DNA of 64,000 nt from positions 593,131 to 657,130 of the forward strand of contig CP061210.1 of the NCBI GenBank assembly GCA_026016225.1. The letters run 5' to 3'. The position numbers and the translations under genes were made by a program. The stretch comes from Candidatus Nealsonbacteria bacterium. Lineage in GTDB: Bacteria; Patescibacteriota; Minisyncoccia; Minisyncoccales; JANBVM01. The notes beneath the pieces were generated by a model. It searched no databases, was not told where the DNA came from, and saw only the letters and a program-made list of their open reading frames with translations. Positions 61,607-64,000 of the stretch are shown in pieces (the stretch's first letter is position 1; the number at the start of each line of letters is the position of its first letter).

Positions 61607-62776
61607 TTAGCCAAACATTAAAACTTCAGGACGAAACATTATAACTAAGCCCAAAAGCAAAAGTAAAATTCCACTAATCAGTTTTATTGCTTTAAGATAT
61701 TTTTGAGAGGCTTGAGTAATTCTTAGAGTCAAAACTGCAATTATAAAAATGATAAAATCATCTATCATATAAAATAAGATATAAATCAAAAGATAAAAGT
61801 AATAGGAAAGAGTAGGTAAATTGAAGCCCGTTAAAATTTTAGTAAAAACTAAAGGAAAACCAAAAGAGCAACAGAGTTCCACCATATTTACTCCAGCTGC
61901 TACTATTGCTGTCCCCAATATAGTTATAGACAAGGAAGTTTCTCTTTTGGAAATGGTTTCCATTTTTTCAAATAGTTTCCTCTCAAATCTCACAAAAACA
62001 CCTTCTTTTACAGAGCCAACCTCGCACAATTTACAAATTATGCCGTGGAAATAATCTTTTAATAAAAAGAGAGCGAAGATCGCAATAATCCCCCCAACTA
62101 AATTAGTTATGAACTTTATGTGAGATAGAACTAAGAATAAATTCAGCCAAGCAGAAATGAATAAAAAGTAAACTATTCCTGAAACCAAAATAAAAGTTCC
62201 TCCAATCAAAAACACTCTTTCTCTAATTCCGGTTGAAATCAAAACAGTAAGTAAAAATCCCAAAGCTACCATAGCACAAGCATTAAAGCCATCCAAAGCT
62301 CCTAAAACTATGGATAGAGCTAAGGGAGAAAATTTTGAAAGAGAAATTTCGCCGAAAATTGGAAGAGAAATTTTATGTTCGTCTGATGGAGGCTCATGTG
62401 GAGGCTGAGAAATTTCTTCTATTAATCCCAAAACATAATTTTCAATATCATTACCTATTTCTTGAGAAAAACCCAAAAAATAACGCTCTCCAATAAAGGT
62501 TATTGGTACATATCCTTGAACCTCTCGAGCCACTTCATAAACCTGATACATTTCTTTTAACAAATCCACATTTTCTTTTTCAAAAATGCCATATTCTTTA
62601 AGTTCAATCTCTGAATATTTATTTGCTAATTCCTCCAGAAATATCTTTTTTGAGGCACAATTAAGGCAGGTATAACTAAAGAAAAAATTAATTTCTATTT
62701 TTTCTTGTGCCTGAGTGAAATTAAACGCAGTTAACAGCAAACAAGAAAGCAAAATAACTAAGACTTTTTCTTTCAT
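61607..62776 (-). CDS. secreted thioredoxin-like (CxxC) domain fused to a multi-pass membrane domain (CcdA/DsbD-like; tentative)
   Basis: Signal peptide, FFFSYTCLNCASKK in a Trx-like N-domain, then 6 or more TM helices with the LGALDGFNACAM and CCSFGFP motifs. Confidence 0.4.
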   Translation of the reverse strand: MKEKVLVILLSCLLLTAFNFTQAQEKIEINFFFSYTCLNCASKKIFLEELANKYSEIELKEYGIFEKENVDLLKEMYQVYEVAREVQGYVPITFIGERYFLGFSQEIGNDIENYVLGLIEEISQPPHEPPSDEHKISLPIFGEISLSKFSPLALSIVLGALDGFNACAMVALGFLLTVLISTGIRERVFLIGGTFILVSGIVYFLFISAWLNLFLVLSHIKFITNLVGGIIAIFALFLLKDYFHGIICKLCEVGSVKEGVFVRFERKLFEKMETISKRETSLSITILGTAIVAAGVNMVELCCSFGFPLVFTKILTGFNLPTLSYYFYLLIYILFYMIDDFIIFIIAVLTLRITQASQKYLKAIKLISGILLLLLGLVIMFRPEVLMFG

Positions 62777-62842
62777 ATTTTGATAAATTATTAATTATTT
62801 TTATTGAGGAAGAATACAAAAAGAAGAAATAATAGCCACAAT

Positions 62843-63685
62843 TTATATACATTTATTATAATCAAAGTCTAATAAACGACCTTTTGAATAAAGTTCAACT
62901 AATTTTCTTGAATAAGGAATTTCTTTTTCAACGCTCACACCAAATTTCTTGGTGATGGGGTAAATTTTTTTCTTATCACCCAAGTTTGCTTGATTTAAAA
63001 TTACCTTAGCTGGCACTTTGAGTTTTTGGCACAAATCCAGAATTAAATTCAAGTCGTGGGCTCCCATTGGGGTAGGTTCCGTAACAGCATAAGCTAAATC
63101 ACAATCCAATAAAGCTGAAATTACCGGACAATGGGTACCGGGAGCTGTATCAAATAAAATGAAATCTGCTTTTTGTTTTTTAGCAAAATCTAAAGCAAAT
63201 TTTTTAGTCTTAGCAACAATGGGTCCTGTTTCCTCTACTCCAGGATTAGATAGTCCTGAAATTAACCAAAAATTATTTTTTATTCGATTTACAAAAATCT
63301 GACCTACTTTTTCTTTTCTTGACATTATAGCTCCGTAAGGACAAACTATCCAGCATGCTCCGCAAGAAGAACACAATTCTTTAATAAATATTGGAAATTT
63401 CTTTGGTGGCTGAAACACAGCGTTACTCCTGCAGGTCTTTACACATAATCCACATTTTTTGCATTTTTGTTTAATTAATCTGGGATATTCAGCATAAACA
63501 TTTTTTCTGACTTTTTTCAGTTTCTGTCCCAATAACAAATAATCATTGGGACACTCCACGTCGCAATCACAAAGAATAACTCTCTGTTTCTTTCTTATTA
63601 GCTGACTTGCCATCAAAATAGAGAAGGTGCTTTTTCCCGTACCTCCCTTCCCTCCTGTGATAGCGAATTTCTTAATTTTTCCCAT
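62843..63685 (-). CDS. MinD/ParA-superfamily P-loop ATPase with inserted ferredoxin domain (COG1149-like), copy 2
   Basis: TGGKGGTGKST with CKKCGLCVKTC and CSSCGACWIVC. Confidence 0.72.
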   Translation of the reverse strand: MGKIKKFAITGGKGGTGKSTFSILMASQLIRKKQRVILCDCDVECPNDYLLLGQKLKKVRKNVYAEYPRLIKQKCKKCGLCVKTCRSNAVFQPPKKFPIFIKELCSSCGACWIVCPYGAIMSRKEKVGQIFVNRIKNNFWLISGLSNPGVEETGPIVAKTKKFALDFAKKQKADFILFDTAPGTHCPVISALLDCDLAYAVTEPTPMGAHDLNLILDLCQKLKVPAKVILNQANLGDKKKIYPITKKFGVSVEKEIPYSRKLVELYSKGRLLDFDYNKCI

Positions 63686-63790
63686 ACCCTACTAACAAAT
63701 ATTTTGTTCCCCTAATTCACAAAGGTTACCTTTTTGGAATTCTTCTATATTCTTGGCAATATTTTTATCAAACGCCTTATATATTTTTAA

Positions 63791-64000
63791 TTACTCTTTT
63801 TCTTTTGTCGGCTTTTCCAACTTAACCAATTGGTTCTCTGAAAAATCTTTTATTATTTGTCTTATTGTGCCCTGTTCCGCTTTATAAACCTCTATTAAAT
63901 TATCCCTTAATGTATGAAAAGATATGGGACCGATTTGTCTTACAATTAAAACATCTGGTTTTTGTTCTAATAAATATTTAGCTACCGCAAGACCTGCCCT
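63791..64000 (-). CDS. NifX/NifB-C-terminal-like (dinitrogenase Fe-Mo cofactor family, PF02579-type) protein, C-terminal fragment
   Basis: My translation from the window edge is RAGLAVAKYLLEQKPDVLIVRQIGPISFHTLRDNLIEVYKAEQGTIRQIIKDF...KEKE*. It fits the G.G..A...L...gvdvvI...iGp.a...L...gI.vy pattern. The gene continues beyond 64000. Confidence 0.55.
   Translation of the reverse strand, partial: RAGLAVAKYLLEQKPDVLIVRQIGPISFHTLRDNLIEVYKAEQGTIRQIIKDFSENQLVKLEKPTKEKE

Noticed and set aside
63686-63790. Possible small gene or RNA in the 105-nt gap between the NifX-like gene and the second MinD-ferredoxin ATPase
   Set aside because: I found no ORF with a start codon and SD, and no convincing hairpin. 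It is probably just an intercistronic spacer.

Overview
AT-rich, very gene-dense bacterial window. Almost everything from 1 to 48.7 kb and from 55.5 to 64 kb is on the minus strand. The core is a contiguous translation superoperon on the minus strand: rpsL-rpsG-fusA-tuf-rpsJ-rplC...rplO-secY-adk-map, then infA-rpmJ-rpsM-rpsK-rpsD-rpoA-rplQ-rplM-rpsI. Around it are secE-nusG-rplK, gyrB, pheST, gatCA, two mreB paralogs, proS, rseP, frr, holB, alaS, tpiA and a dTMP cluster (tmk, thyX, dCMP deaminase). No rpmD (L30) lies between rpsE and rplO, and no rplA follows rplK. Many proteins carry Lys-rich tails, RpoA is short, and several synthetases are minimised. Together these fit a reduced CPR/Patescibacteria-type genome; this placement is inference, not a database result. 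I called four tRNAs by eye: a tight Asp / CAT / CAT trio and a tRNA-Pro(GGG). Two of them have non-canonical D/T-loop elbows. The least ordinary region is 48.98-55.7 kb, which starts at tRNA-Pro. It holds ORFans on mixed strands, a Zn-ribbon plus PD-(D/E)XK-like nuclease gene bracketed by GC-rich hairpin clusters, and a HicB/HicA-like pair bracketed by an imperfect 45-bp direct repeat. It also holds a self-contained promoter / long-hairpin / terminator unit that I propose as a roughly 160-nt structured sRNA with 6S-like architecture. Short GC-rich palindromic patches are scattered through the AT-rich background, in leaders, in spacers and in-frame inside proS, holB and tpiA. The 3' end (59.8-64 kb) carries a cluster of DUF134, two MinD-ferredoxin ATPases and a NifX-like gene, resembling the Desulfovibrio orange-protein (ORP) locus. 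Coordinates of elements I called by eye (tRNAs, hairpins, promoters, repeats) were anchored on ORF-track start and stop codons but may be off by 1-2 nt.
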